Positions 19,308-28,777 of a stretch of 64,000 nt of DNA are shown piece by piece. A program made the translations under genes and the position numbers. The notes beneath the pieces were generated by a model, which saw only the letters and a program-made list of their open reading frames with translations, searched no databases and was not told the DNA's origin. Every line of letters starts with the position of its first letter. Position 1 is the first letter of the stretch. Source of the DNA: Desulfobulbaceae bacterium (GTDB taxonomy: Bacteria; Desulfobacterota; Desulfobulbia; Desulfobulbales; Desulfocapsaceae); the NCBI GenBank assembly GCA_016278675.1, contig JADQBJ010000022.1:60570-124569 (forward strand), written 5' to 3'.

Positions 19308-19859
19308 TTGCAAATGAACAGCTTTGGAAAATTAAGACCAATACGATCTGACGAGTTGGAGCTGATGCTGTCATGGCGAAACGCTCCTGCCGTAAGGATG
19401 AATATGTATACCCGGCATGAAATTCCCTTGTCTGAACATATGGCTTGGTGGGCAAAAGCTCAAAACAATGATTGCCAGAAATATTTTATGTATGAGTTCC
19501 GTGGTATTTCTTCGGGAATAGTAGGTTTCAGTGAAATTGACAAGGTTAACAATAATGCGTGCTGGGCATTTTACGCAGCGCCGGAAGCACCGAAAGGCAC
19601 CGGCTCCAGAATAGAATATCTGGCTTTAGATTATGCATTTACAAAGCTTAAAGTACATAAGCTATACTGTGAGGTCTTAGCTTTTAATAATCCTGTCATC
19701 AAACTTCATCGGAAATTTGGATTCAAAGAAGAGGGCGTTTTCAGGGAGCAACATATAATAGACGAAGGCTATGTAGACATTTATAGACTGGGAATACTGG
19801 CAGAAGAATGGATGGCAAATATGGAACAGATGCGAGAAAAGATCAGCAGTTTTTTATAA
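19308..19859 (+). CDS. pseH: UDP-4-amino-4,6-dideoxy-N-acetyl-beta-L-altrosamine N-acetyltransferase, PseH
   Basis: GNAT protein with a PseH-type N-terminus LRPIRSDELELMLSWRNAPAVRMNMYT...SEHMAWW. Confidence 0.82.
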   Translation: MQMNSFGKLRPIRSDELELMLSWRNAPAVRMNMYTRHEIPLSEHMAWWAKAQNNDCQKYFMYEFRGISSGIVGFSEIDKVNNNACWAFYAAPEAPKGTGSRIEYLALDYAFTKLKVHKLYCEVLAFNNPVIKLHRKFGFKEEGVFREQHIIDEGYVDIYRLGILAEEWMANMEQMREKISSFL

Positions 19860-19862
19860 GTT

Positions 19863-20933
19863 ATGAATCCAATAATAAAAATCGACGGACGGACAATAGG
19901 GATGGATTACCCGCCTTATATTGTGGCCGAACTTTCCGCAAATCATAATGGAAAATTTGAGAATGCACTAAAATTAATTGATGCCGCATTTAAATCCAAG
20001 GCTGACGCTGTCAAACTGCAAACCTACAGACCTGATACGATAACTGTTGATTGTCTGTCTGATGATTTCCTTATTTCCAGTGGCCTATGGTCTGGAAAAA
20101 CCTTGTATCAGTTATACGAGGAAGCCCACATGCCATGGGAATGGCATGAACCTTTATTTAAATATGCTAAAAAAAGAGGAATAACTGTTTTTAGTACTCC
20201 ATTTGATCATACAGCAGTTGATCTTCTTGAGGATTTGAATGCACCTGCATATAAAATCGCATCTTTTGAAGCAGTTGACCTTCCTCTTATTAAATATACT
20301 GCCGGTACCGGTAAGCCACTCCTTATCTCTACAGGTATGGCTGATATAGAGGAGATAGAAGAGGCCATTAATTCTGCAAGAGAAGCTGGTTGCACAGAAA
20401 TAGCCGTGCTTCATTGTGTTAGCGGCTATCCAGCGCCTGCAATAGATTATAACTTACATACCATACCCGATATGATTGCTCGGTTTGGTCTGGTTACTGG
20501 ATTGTCAGACCATACACGCGATAATACAACTGCAATTACCAGTGTTGCCTTGGGCTCCTCCATAATTGAAAAGCATTTTACTCTTGATCGAAGAGGTGGT
20601 GGTCCCGATGACAGTTTCTCGCTGGAACCACTAGAGCTCGCAGAGTTATGCAGGAGTTGTAAAGTAGCCTGGCAGGCGTTGGGGAAAGTTGATTATGGTA
20701 GAAAGGAAAGCGAACTGGTTAATGTAAAATTTCGAAGATCTTTATATTTTATCACGAAGATGAAAAAGGGAGATATGGTAACAGAGCAGAATATCCGCAG
20801 TATTCGTCCGGGCTTTGGCGTAGCACCAAAATATCTGGAGCAGGTTATCGGTAAAGTCGTAAATCAAGATGTGTTGGCCAATAGTCCAGTTAAGTTAGAA
20901 TATTTTGATGATAAAGCCGACCTTAGGGAATAA
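19863..20933 (+). CDS. pseI: Pseudaminic acid synthase, PseI
   Basis: NeuB-family sequence (IVAELSANHNG, GLSDHT) with a C-terminal SAF-like domain. Last gene of the pse block. Confidence 0.85.
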   Translation: MNPIIKIDGRTIGMDYPPYIVAELSANHNGKFENALKLIDAAFKSKADAVKLQTYRPDTITVDCLSDDFLISSGLWSGKTLYQLYEEAHMPWEWHEPLFKYAKKRGITVFSTPFDHTAVDLLEDLNAPAYKIASFEAVDLPLIKYTAGTGKPLLISTGMADIEEIEEAINSAREAGCTEIAVLHCVSGYPAPAIDYNLHTIPDMIARFGLVTGLSDHTRDNTTAITSVALGSSIIEKHFTLDRRGGGPDDSFSLEPLELAELCRSCKVAWQALGKVDYGRKESELVNVKFRRSLYFITKMKKGDMVTEQNIRSIRPGFGVAPKYLEQVIGKVVNQDVLANSPVKLEYFDDKADLRE

Positions 20934-21520
20934 TGTCAAAATAATAACATATCATATTCACCAGGTTTCTATTAAATCCGTTTCTGACTCAAGCTCGATA
21001 TATTCCAGAATCTTCTCTAAATCATTTTCAATCTCAGAAATGTATTCAGTTAGTATCACCATTGCTTTTTTGGGAGGCTCCATTGTACCTAGGTGCGCCA
21101 CAAAGTAACCCAACAAAAGAAAGTTGAGGCGCCTGGGATTTCTATGTTTTTTGGAAAAGTAATGATTACTCACAGATACGTTTATATGTAGTGCCAAGCC
21201 ATCCACCTACCGCTTTGAGCTTATTCATAAATGGGATAGTATGGATGGCAGGATTTACGCTGGGGGTAATCCTGCAAAGAACTTTGTCAACCTCATACCT
21301 TTGGGGTAACTACTATTCGAGTTAAGAAGGGGATGCATCGTCATGTAATACCTGAATCGCGATACGATGCAAAAATTTTTGAAAATCTAGAACTTTTATC
21401 TGAGCCTCTTGGTTGAAGGGGATCCCAAAATAAATCCTTTTTTCTGCGCTGCTGTAGATAAAGGGAATTCCATCACTCGTCCGGAATTTGCCATTCTGAC
21501 TTCAGCTCCTTAAGGTGCCA

Positions 21521-22050
21521 ATGACAAAAATTAAAGAATTGAAAAAACTTGACCCGCAGCAGCGTGCGATTGACTGGAAGCGACTCTTTAAAAAAAAACA
21601 AAGAATATTTTGCTAGAACTACCCCGCAGTTGCTGAAATTATGCGCCCGGGTGGCGCAGCACCGTTTCATATCCATGTAACAGATGATTTTCTTACCATC
21701 ACCAATACTGAAACTGGTGAGTTGTGCCATCCAGAATTGGGTCTGGATCGATTTACCGAAGCCCTTGGGAACTGGACCAGCAGCGCCTGGATTGACATGA
21801 TCGGGGGGAGTGCTGTGACTGGGTCGTTCAGAGGCCATTATCACCTGCTACGGCTTATCGTTGTTTGAGGCCTTGACAAGTGATGTGACTACTTTACTGT
21901 AGCCCACTCAACACCTCTTCAGTGACAGCGAACTGAATGCTTTAGGAGAGCTCAATTGTACGATTTTCAGAATAAACTCCTTACCCGGTTCCCAGATATA
22001 TACAAGCGCATGCAGGAGAGTATTATAAACTTGCCAAATGTCTCCAAGTC
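21521..22050 (+). pseudogene. Decayed partial duplicate of the maf 5' region (about the first 150 codons)
   Basis: Three out-of-frame fragments align to the N-terminus of the 655-aa Maf at 22397. (1) MTKIKELKKLDPQQR... (2) PFHIHVTDDFLTITNTETGELCHPELGLDRFTEALGNWTSSAWIDMI, against PFGIHVADEFLTITNTVTGELCHPEAGLDRFAEMLGDWTSSAWIDLI. (3) FQNKLLTRFPDIYKRMQESIINLP, against FQKEVLSRFPGLASRMGDQVINLP. The first frame break is at an A9 run (21590-21598). Confidence 0.8.
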
Positions 22051-22149
22051 TTTCTTTCAGTTAAATTTGCCCGCTGGCTTACCGATAAAACGAATATCAA
22101 ATTTATTCGTTGGGCTACGGAACGTCAAGTTCTGGCATCAGCTCGCAAT

Positions 22150-22190
22150 CAAATAAATATCCGGCCCCTATGGGGGCTGATATTTATTTG
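22150..22190 (+). terminator. Long near-perfect hairpin (possible bidirectional terminator) after the maf fragment
   Basis: CAAATAAATATC-CGGCCCC-TAT-GGGGGCTG-ATATTTATTTG, with a 12-bp perfect outer stem and a GC-rich inner stem, flanked by A/T-rich runs. Confidence 0.4.
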
Positions 22191-22396
22191 TTATCGAAGA
22201 TTATACTTCTGTTTCTGGTGCAACTGATGCTATCGATAGGTTTTGTAAGAAACATCAACTTGAAATAAAAAAATTGAATAACTATTATGTCCCTTCATTT
22301 ACTAAGAAGCCTGTTTGGAAAATTCAGATTTGTATTGGATAGTGTGATGTATAGAAGGGCACCAGATAGGGCAATTTGATTGCAAGAGGATATTAA

Positions 22397-24364
22397 ATGA
22401 CCAAGATAGACGAACTGAAAAAGCTGGCGCCTGATGATCGAACTAAATGTCTGAAACGTCTCTATGAGAAAAATAAACTATTTTTCTCAAAAAAATTCCC
22501 CAATGTAGCCAAACTTCTGCAACCCGGAGCAATGGATCCATTCGGTATTCATGTGGCGGATGAGTTTCTCACCATCACTAATACTGTGACTGGTGAGTTG
22601 TGTCACCCGGAAGCAGGATTAGATCGTTTTGCCGAAATGCTCGGAGACTGGACCAGTAGTGCCTGGATCGACTTGATCGAAGGTAGGGTGCATGGAAAAA
22701 AAGATTATGGTGCATATTCACAGTTTGGCATCAGGTTTCAGAAGGAGGTTCTTAGTCGATTTCCAGGTTTGGCATCACGCATGGGCGATCAGGTGATTAA
22801 TCTGCCTACATTGTCCAACGGGAAACGGTTTTCTAACTCCGTTGTGTTTGCGGGTGTTTTCCACGGACTGCATATTGATCACTATCTCAGTCGCACCCAG
22901 ATACGAAATGCTGCATTCGTAGAACCGGATTGTGCACGTTTTGTTTTGTCCTGCTATTTTCTCGATTATCAGGTCTTAAATGAACGCTTTGATGGCTTGG
23001 TTCTTCATGTGGGAGGCGATGTCCCCCAAAGTTTTGTTTCAACCTTTATTAGCAGAGGGAAAGTTACCGGGGCGGTTTGGGTACGTATATTACCGGGCTA
23101 TGTCTCCGACAAATTTGAGAATTTGATACGGAAAATACGTCTAGAGATACGCAAGGCATATGATGTATGGGTACCAGCGGAGTGGCTGATAAAAAGTTTA
23201 TCCAATACTGTTAAGAATCTGCGGTCGAGGGATCGAATTTATGCAGGAGCAAAGAAGCTATCAGGGCGTAGCCGGATCGCAGTTGTTGGTGCTGGGCCAT
23301 CACTGAGCAACGATCTTGATTGGCTGAAGCAGAATCAGAAACAGTTTATGGTGTTTGCTGTGCATAGTTCCGTATCTGCTTTGAAGGAGGCAGGGATTTC
23401 CGCCGATTTTCAATTTTCGCTTGATATTCATCCGTTTAGCAAGGAGCACTTAGATCGTTTACAACTTGATCCTTCGATTCCGATCATCACCCTGGTATCT
23501 GATGTACCAAACAAATTTGATAATTTTGAAGATGTCTTGAGGGTCGCGGAAACCGGGGGTGTATACCCTGTCCATTTAATTTGTTCGGTCCCTTTTCTTT
23601 CCCCGACAACTGGCAATATGGCCCTAGGTATTGCCTGTTGGTGCAGGCCTGATGAAATTTATTTGTTTGGCCTGGATTTTGGTTATCGGCAGGCTACAGA
23701 AACGCATGTTAAAAAAGGTACCGCTTATGTGACCGAGGAGCAGCACAGATCTATAATAGGATCCGGGCATTTACAAGTAGAGGCTAACTTTAACGATGCT
23801 GAAGCTGTTTATACACAGCCTTATTTCAACTTCGCATGTATATCTGCACGATCTCCGATTGCCGCTGTTGCCGGGCAGGTTAAAGTTTTCAACTGTTCAG
23901 ACGGTGCGCGTATTGATGGCGCGGTTCCCTGCCGTTCTGCTGATATCAAACTGCGTGAGTATGATAAATCGCAAGACATAAATATGATCCGATCGATGTT
24001 TGTTCCCGCAAAAGAGGATGTCCATTGGCAACCATTTTCTCTTGCTGGAGAGGTTCAATTTGAAGCTTATAAGAAAGCACTCTTGCGTCTATTTAAGATG
24101 AAGAAGTTCAATTGGTTAAAATTTTCAGAAAAAGTAGACAATTTAGATACGCTGATTGTAAAGCAGTTGCCCAATTATATTGGCCAGAACGTCGATCAGC
24201 GTCTTGTTCCCTATTCGACTATCGTCACGGACCTGCTTATTGGCTGGTACAGGTTGTTGTGTTTTACTAACACTGAGGCCGAATGGCAAAGGGTCTACGA
24301 GGAGGGATACGCCCAATTGAGTTCTCTAATGAATGAACTCGAATGGCTCAAGAAATTGGGCTGA
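22397..24364 (+). CDS. maf: Motility-associated factor (Maf/DUF115-type) putative flagellin pseudaminyl-transferase
   Basis: 655-aa ORF with a central IAVVGAGPSL nucleotide-binding-like motif and GLDFGY, typical of the Maf/MAF_flag10 family. It sits between the pse operon and the flagellin gene. Confidence 0.7.
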   Translation: MTKIDELKKLAPDDRTKCLKRLYEKNKLFFSKKFPNVAKLLQPGAMDPFGIHVADEFLTITNTVTGELCHPEAGLDRFAEMLGDWTSSAWIDLIEGRVHGKKDYGAYSQFGIRFQKEVLSRFPGLASRMGDQVINLPTLSNGKRFSNSVVFAGVFHGLHIDHYLSRTQIRNAAFVEPDCARFVLSCYFLDYQVLNERFDGLVLHVGGDVPQSFVSTFISRGKVTGAVWVRILPGYVSDKFENLIRKIRLEIRKAYDVWVPAEWLIKSLSNTVKNLRSRDRIYAGAKKLSGRSRIAVVGAGPSLSNDLDWLKQNQKQFMVFAVHSSVSALKEAGISADFQFSLDIHPFSKEHLDRLQLDPSIPIITLVSDVPNKFDNFEDVLRVAETGGVYPVHLICSVPFLSPTTGNMALGIACWCRPDEIYLFGLDFGYRQATETHVKKGTAYVTEEQHRSIIGSGHLQVEANFNDAEAVYTQPYFNFACISARSPIAAVAGQVKVFNCSDGARIDGAVPCRSADIKLREYDKSQDINMIRSMFVPAKEDVHWQPFSLAGEVQFEAYKKALLRLFKMKKFNWLKFSEKVDNLDTLIVKQLPNYIGQNVDQRLVPYSTIVTDLLIGWYRLLCFTNTEAEWQRVYEEGYAQLSSLMNELEWLKKLG

Positions 24365-24410
24365 TTTTATTGGACGGTGAGAAAAATAACTTAAACCCCA
24401 AAAAAAAGCT

Positions 24411-24437
24411 TAAGTTATCGACGGGCTCTACCGACAA
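24411..24437 (+). promoter_or_regulatory. Sigma-28-type promoter of fliC: TAAG-N15-ACCGACAA
   Basis: TAAG TTATCGACGGGCTCT ACCGACAA, about 125 nt upstream of the fliC ATG. Confidence 0.55.
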
Positions 24438-24523
24438 GATATCAGAAGAGGAAATTTAACGCCAAGGAGGTGATAGAAAAAAATCGCGATCCTCGACAAC
24501 GTAGATAGACAAGATCACAAAAA

Positions 24524-24557
24524 GGGCAAGGATGCCCGCTAACTTACTCATGGAGGA
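24524..24557 (+). promoter_or_regulatory. Putative CsrA-binding sites in the fliC 5' UTR (GGA hairpin plus SD)
   Basis: GGGCA-AGGA-TGCCC hairpin (24524-24537) presents AGGA in its loop. The SD region ATGGAGGA (24551-24558) lies 6 nt before the ATG. Further GGA motifs occur at about 24450 and 24465. Confidence 0.5.
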
Positions 24558-24563
24558 AAAATC

Positions 24564-25724
24564 ATGGCTCTTACAATTAATACTAATGTTGCTTCTCTGA
24601 ACGCCCAAAGAAACCTCGGCGCCTCTCAAACCAATCTGAATAAATCAATGCAGCGGCTCTCTTCCGGTTTGCGTATCAACAGTGCGAAGGATGATGCTGC
24701 CGGTCTGGCTATTTCCGACCGCATGACCTCGCAAATCCGTGGCCTTAATCAGGCTACCCGTAATGCCAACGACGGTATCTCCCTGGCGCAAACAGCTGAA
24801 GGCGCTTTGCAGGAGAGCACCAACATTCTGCAGCGGATGCGAGAAATTGCCGTGCAGTCGTCTAACGATACCAACAGTGATTCCGACCGTGCTTCGCTAA
24901 ATGATGAAGTCGTGCAACTTAAGGCGGAACTTGATCGTATTGCTGAAACCACCCAATTTAACGGCACTTCCGTTATCGATGGCTCAATGAGTAATGCAGT
25001 CTTCCAGGTCGGTGCCAATGCCGGTTCCAACCAGACGATTTCCTTCGGGATTACCAGCGCGAAGGCGGCAGATCTTGGGACGGCTGGAATTGAGGCTGTC
25101 GCAAAGACTATAGCAGAAGGATCTTGGAACGGTTTCGATATAGAAGCTACCTCAGGCACCGGTTCTACCGGCAATGCAGCGTTCGATGTTGTTGTGAAGG
25201 AAGGTACTACTTTAGGTGCGGCATTATCTGGTTCGACAATCACACTGACCCTTGCTGCTACAGCTGGTGGTAACACCGCTACTTTAATTGGTGCTGCGCT
25301 TTCAGGTATAGCCGGTATTGGCGCAGTTGACGTTACTGGGGCCGCTGACGTCACTACGAGCAGTAGTGGTTCCCTTACACTGAATGGTGGTTTTGACCAG
25401 ATAACGACTACTGCAATTGATAAACTCTCCGTATCGACCAGAGATAGTGCTCTGGGCGCTATCAAGAGTGTCGATCAGGCTCTTCAAGAAGTTGACACCA
25501 TTCGCGGTGGCCTCGGTGCGGTTCAAAACCGTTTCGAATCAACCATCGCCAATCTGAACAACGTCGCAGAGAACCTCTCGGCAGCCCGTTCGCGGATTCT
25601 CGATGCCGACATCGCCCAGGAAACCTCGGCGATGACCAAGAACAATATCCTGCAGCAGGCCGGTGTCTCGATCCTGGCGCAGGCCAACCAGGCTCCGCAG
25701 CTGGCTCTTTCCTTGCTCGGATAA
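24564..25724 (+). CDS. fliC: Flagellin
   Basis: Conserved N-terminus ([18 protein letters not shown]...[19 protein letters not shown]) and C-terminus ([25 protein letters not shown]). The central domain is Ser/Thr/Gly/Ala-rich. Confidence 0.96.
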   Translation: MALTINTNVASLNAQRNLGASQTNLNKSMQRLSSGLRINSAKDDAAGLAISDRMTSQIRGLNQATRNANDGISLAQTAEGALQESTNILQRMREIAVQSSNDTNSDSDRASLNDEVVQLKAELDRIAETTQFNGTSVIDGSMSNAVFQVGANAGSNQTISFGITSAKAADLGTAGIEAVAKTIAEGSWNGFDIEATSGTGSTGNAAFDVVVKEGTTLGAALSGSTITLTLAATAGGNTATLIGAALSGIAGIGAVDVTGAADVTTSSSGSLTLNGGFDQITTTAIDKLSVSTRDSALGAIKSVDQALQEVDTIRGGLGAVQNRFESTIANLNNVAENLSAARSRILDADIAQETSAMTKNNILQQAGVSILAQANQAPQLALSLLG

Positions 25725-25742
25725 CAGACTGATCCATACTTC

Positions 25743-25769
25743 GGGGACCGGTAAAACGGTTCCCGTTTT
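25743..25769 (+). terminator. Rho-independent terminator after fliC
   Basis: GGGGACCG-GTAAAA-CGGTTCCC stem-loop followed by GTTTTG. Confidence 0.6.
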
Positions 25770-25814
25770 GCCTGCCCAGTGGCAACAAGCTATTGTCAGG
25801 GAAAGGAGAATATC

Positions 25815-26162
25815 ATGAATATTGGAGTAATAGGCAGTCCCCAGGCCGAGCAATCCCCCATCAGCAGAACCCTAGAGTCGCTGGACCATTCGCGCAAAAG
25901 ACAGGAAAGCTCCGGCGACAGTGAACAGGTTGAGAAGAAACAGATCCAGCCGGAAGAGATGCTGCAACAGATCAAGGCGCTTACCGAAAACGGCTTGTAC
26001 AGTGTCCGCTTTGAAAATGACAGTGATCTTGGTGAGCTGGTGGTCAAGGTGGTGGATCAAAAAACCGATGAGGTTATTCGCCAGATCCCCCCTGAAGAAC
26101 TGCTCCACCTTACCCAGAGGCTTGAAGATTTGCGCGGTAATATTGTCAATACCGAAGGATAG
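25815..26162 (+). CDS. flaG: FlaG-family flagellar protein
   Basis: C-terminal pattern LYSVRFENDSDLGELVVKVVDQKTDEVIRQIPPEELL is typical of FlaG. Start at the ATG at 25815 after the SD AAAGGAGAA. Positioned between fliC and fliD. Confidence 0.8.
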   Translation: MNIGVIGSPQAEQSPISRTLESLDHSRKRQESSGDSEQVEKKQIQPEEMLQQIKALTENGLYSVRFENDSDLGELVVKVVDQKTDEVIRQIPPEELLHLTQRLEDLRGNIVNTEG

Positions 26163-26251
26163 TGGAGATTCGATTAGAAGAACGAATGGATGCCTAACAC
26201 AAGGTCTAAGCATGTACTTCGTTCAAGAAATCAGCGTTCAAGGAGTCAGCA

Positions 26252-27874
26252 ATGGCCATTACATTCGGCGGCCTAGCCACGGGTTTGGATACGGACAGCA
26301 TCGTCAGGGAACTGATGGCGCTGGAGCGGAGGCCGATTAACAGCCTGCAGACGGATAAGTCCTGGTATCAGGCTCGCAGCCAAGCCGTTACAGCTTTTGA
26401 CGGCAAGCTTAACAGTTTTCTTTCAAAAATCAAAAACCTCGGCTCCAGTGATGATTTACTGAAGAAATCGGTTTCTACTTCCAGCGAAGAGACCTTTTCC
26501 GTCAGTGCCGGAGTAGATGCCTTGCCGGGAGCCAGCTATGAAGTTGAAGTCCTCTCCCTTGCCCAGGTCCAGAAAAACGTCAGTAATGGCTATTTCGATA
26601 AAAGCGCCCAGAATTTCGGCACCGGAGAACTCACCCTGACGGTAGGAGACCAGGATCCTGTTACTATTACCATTAATGAGACCAATAATTCCCTGGAAGG
26701 GATTATGCAGGCCATCAATGATATGGATGGTGGAGTCAATGCATCTATTATCAATGATGGGACGGCCAATCCCTACAGGTTGGTTTTGACTGGAGATGAT
26801 GTGGCCACGTCCTTTAGCCTCTCCTCCAATCTTTCTGATTATAATGGAGATGTCAGCGGACAATTGCAGTCGGGTGGAATTGCCTCGCAGACCGCAGCCT
26901 ATTTTGGCGGGGGGACCCTCGGTCTCTCCACCGGTGATCAGATCAGCCTCAGTGGAACAAGTAATTCCCTGAGCGATATACGTGATGCCATTAATGCTGA
27001 ATCCGGGACCACTGGCATAACCTCTTCGATAGTAGCCGATGGCGACAATTTTATCTTGGCTCTGGATAACGGCGCAACTATTACCTCGACCAATTTCAGC
27101 GGCGGCTATGATTCCTTGCCAGTGAGCGAAACCCAGGCGGCGAGTCAAGCCCATATTCGCGTAGATAATGTCGATATTTACTCAGCCGGCAATACTCTGG
27201 ATGAAGCAATCCCTGGTTTGACCCTTGATCTGAACCACGCCGAGGCTGGGACGATGACGAATGTTTCAGTTTCACTGGATGAGGAGGCGATCAAAACGCA
27301 GATCAAGTCTTTCGTCGCCGGCTATAATGAAGTGATGTCTTTTATTGGCTCTCAATCGGTCAGTGAGGGTTCCTCCGGTGGTATTCTCGGCGGTGACCCG
27401 GGCATGAACGGGGTCAAACGGCAATTGCAGAATCTGTTGACGACGACTATCAACACCAGCGGCAGCTTCGCAGCTTTGTCGCAACTGGGGCTGGAAACAC
27501 AGAGAGATGGAACCCTGAGTCTGGATGATGACACCCTGACGGAGGCCATACAGAACGATCTCGAAAGTGTCGAGAAGCTTCTGGTCGGTGAGGGGCAAAC
27601 CGAAGGCATAGCCGTGCAGTTCCAAAACTACCTGGAAGGGAAGACAGACTCCCTTGACGGTCTTCTGGCCACCAATAAAAAGAGCACTGAATCGACTATC
27701 CGGGGTTTGGATAATCGAATTGAACAGATGAATGCCCGACTGGAAAAGAAAGAAGAAACTCTACGGAGTAAATTCACGGCCATGGAGCAGTTGATCAGCG
27801 GCATGAACAGCCAGAGCAGTTTCCTGAGTCAGCAGATGGATATGTTGACCAACATGATGACAAGGAAGAAATAA
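26252..27874 (+). CDS. fliD: Flagellar filament cap protein FliD
   Basis: N-terminus GLATGLDTDSIVRELMALERRP and a C-terminal FliD coiled-coil pattern; 540 aa. Confidence 0.92.
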   Translation: MAITFGGLATGLDTDSIVRELMALERRPINSLQTDKSWYQARSQAVTAFDGKLNSFLSKIKNLGSSDDLLKKSVSTSSEETFSVSAGVDALPGASYEVEVLSLAQVQKNVSNGYFDKSAQNFGTGELTLTVGDQDPVTITINETNNSLEGIMQAINDMDGGVNASIINDGTANPYRLVLTGDDVATSFSLSSNLSDYNGDVSGQLQSGGIASQTAAYFGGGTLGLSTGDQISLSGTSNSLSDIRDAINAESGTTGITSSIVADGDNFILALDNGATITSTNFSGGYDSLPVSETQAASQAHIRVDNVDIYSAGNTLDEAIPGLTLDLNHAEAGTMTNVSVSLDEEAIKTQIKSFVAGYNEVMSFIGSQSVSEGSSGGILGGDPGMNGVKRQLQNLLTTTINTSGSFAALSQLGLETQRDGTLSLDDDTLTEAIQNDLESVEKLLVGEGQTEGIAVQFQNYLEGKTDSLDGLLATNKKSTESTIRGLDNRIEQMNARLEKKEETLRSKFTAMEQLISGMNSQSSFLSQQMDMLTNMMTRKK

Positions 27875-27876
27875 TA

Positions 27877-28302
27877 ATGAATGCCTACGTAAATCAATAT
27901 AAAAACAATCATATACTCAATGCCTCCCCGGAACAGATCCTGATTATGCTTTATGATGGCGCCATTCGCTTCTGCCGTCAGGCAATGCAGGCCATGGAAG
28001 AGAACCGCATGGTTGACAAAGCCCAGAATATAAGCAAAGCCATGGCAATTGTCTGTGAATTTGGCAATACGCTTGATCATGAAGTCGGCGGCAAGATCGC
28101 CGAGGATCTCGACGCCCTCTACCATTTCATGACCAGGGAGCTCGCCCGTGCCAACCGCGAAAATGATCGAAAAGCTCTGGAGACCGTTGAAGATCTTCTC
28201 TCTGGCCTGCGAGAGACCTGGGCAGAGGCGGCCAAGATCTACACCTCGGAAAAACATTCGGCTCATAACCAGCATGGTGAGGGAATCTCAGCATCCTTAT
28301 AG
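27877..28302 (+). CDS. fliS: Flagellin export chaperone FliS
   Basis: YKNNHILNASPEQILIMLYDGAIRF... FliS signature; 141 aa; follows fliD. Confidence 0.9.
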   Translation: MNAYVNQYKNNHILNASPEQILIMLYDGAIRFCRQAMQAMEENRMVDKAQNISKAMAIVCEFGNTLDHEVGGKIAEDLDALYHFMTRELARANRENDRKALETVEDLLSGLRETWAEAAKIYTSEKHSAHNQHGEGISASL

Positions 28303-28320
28303 TGAAAAGAAGTGGTGGCC

Positions 28321-28740
28321 ATGAAAACGATACAGGAAACCGTCAAGCAGAGTTTACAATATTCCATCGATCAGTACACTGCCATATTGCGCCACTCTGA
28401 CGAACTCGTGCGCATGCTTGATACCTGCGATTATTCTGGGATCAGTCGGTATGCCGCAGAACTAGAGGAAATGCAAACCGAGGCAAGAAAAAATGATGAG
28501 ATATGGCTGTCTCATTTCAGAAAAAATCCATTGCCATGGCATGACAACGTCTTGTTTACCGAGAGGATGGAGATAATCCGTATAATTCTTGCGAGAAATG
28601 AAACACTTTTGCCTCGGCTTCAGGCAGTTATGGCAGTAGCCCAATCGGAACAAGCCAGGTTGAATGAAGGTAGGGCTGTAATAGCGGGCTATACCCCTTT
28701 AACGAAACGCACAAGGCAGATCACCAGAACAACAGCCTGA
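28321..28740 (+). CDS. Hypothetical protein in the fliT position (possible flagellar chaperone)
   Basis: About 139-aa helical-looking ORF immediately after fliS. No family recognisable by eye. The start could be the ATG at 28321 or the GTG at 28312. Confidence 0.5.
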   Translation: MKTIQETVKQSLQYSIDQYTAILRHSDELVRMLDTCDYSGISRYAAELEEMQTEARKNDEIWLSHFRKNPLPWHDNVLFTERMEIIRIILARNETLLPRLQAVMAVAQSEQARLNEGRAVIAGYTPLTKRTRQITRTTA

Positions 28741-28777
28741 TCGTAAAAAAACTCTCGAAAACAGCTCATTTAACAAT

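Noticed and set aside
22369-22384. Sigma-54-like element GGGCAA-TTTGA-TTGCA just upstream of maf.
   Set aside because: The GG/GC spacing is correct, but the -12 GC is only about 13 nt from the maf ATG. The transcript would lack the AGAGGA Shine-Dalgarno that lies between them, so this is probably a chance match.
24749-25465. 238-aa ORF antisense to fliC. Similar long antisense ORFs occur at 43873-44604 (flhA), 51074-51865 (motA), 7314-8024 (lon), 3467-4150 (tig), 26456-27154 (fliD) and 40532-41023 (flhG).
   Set aside because: Each lies entirely inside, and antisense to, a gene with unmistakable conserved motifs. Their sequences are low-complexity or repeat-like with no recognisable family. 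They are typical shadow ORFs.
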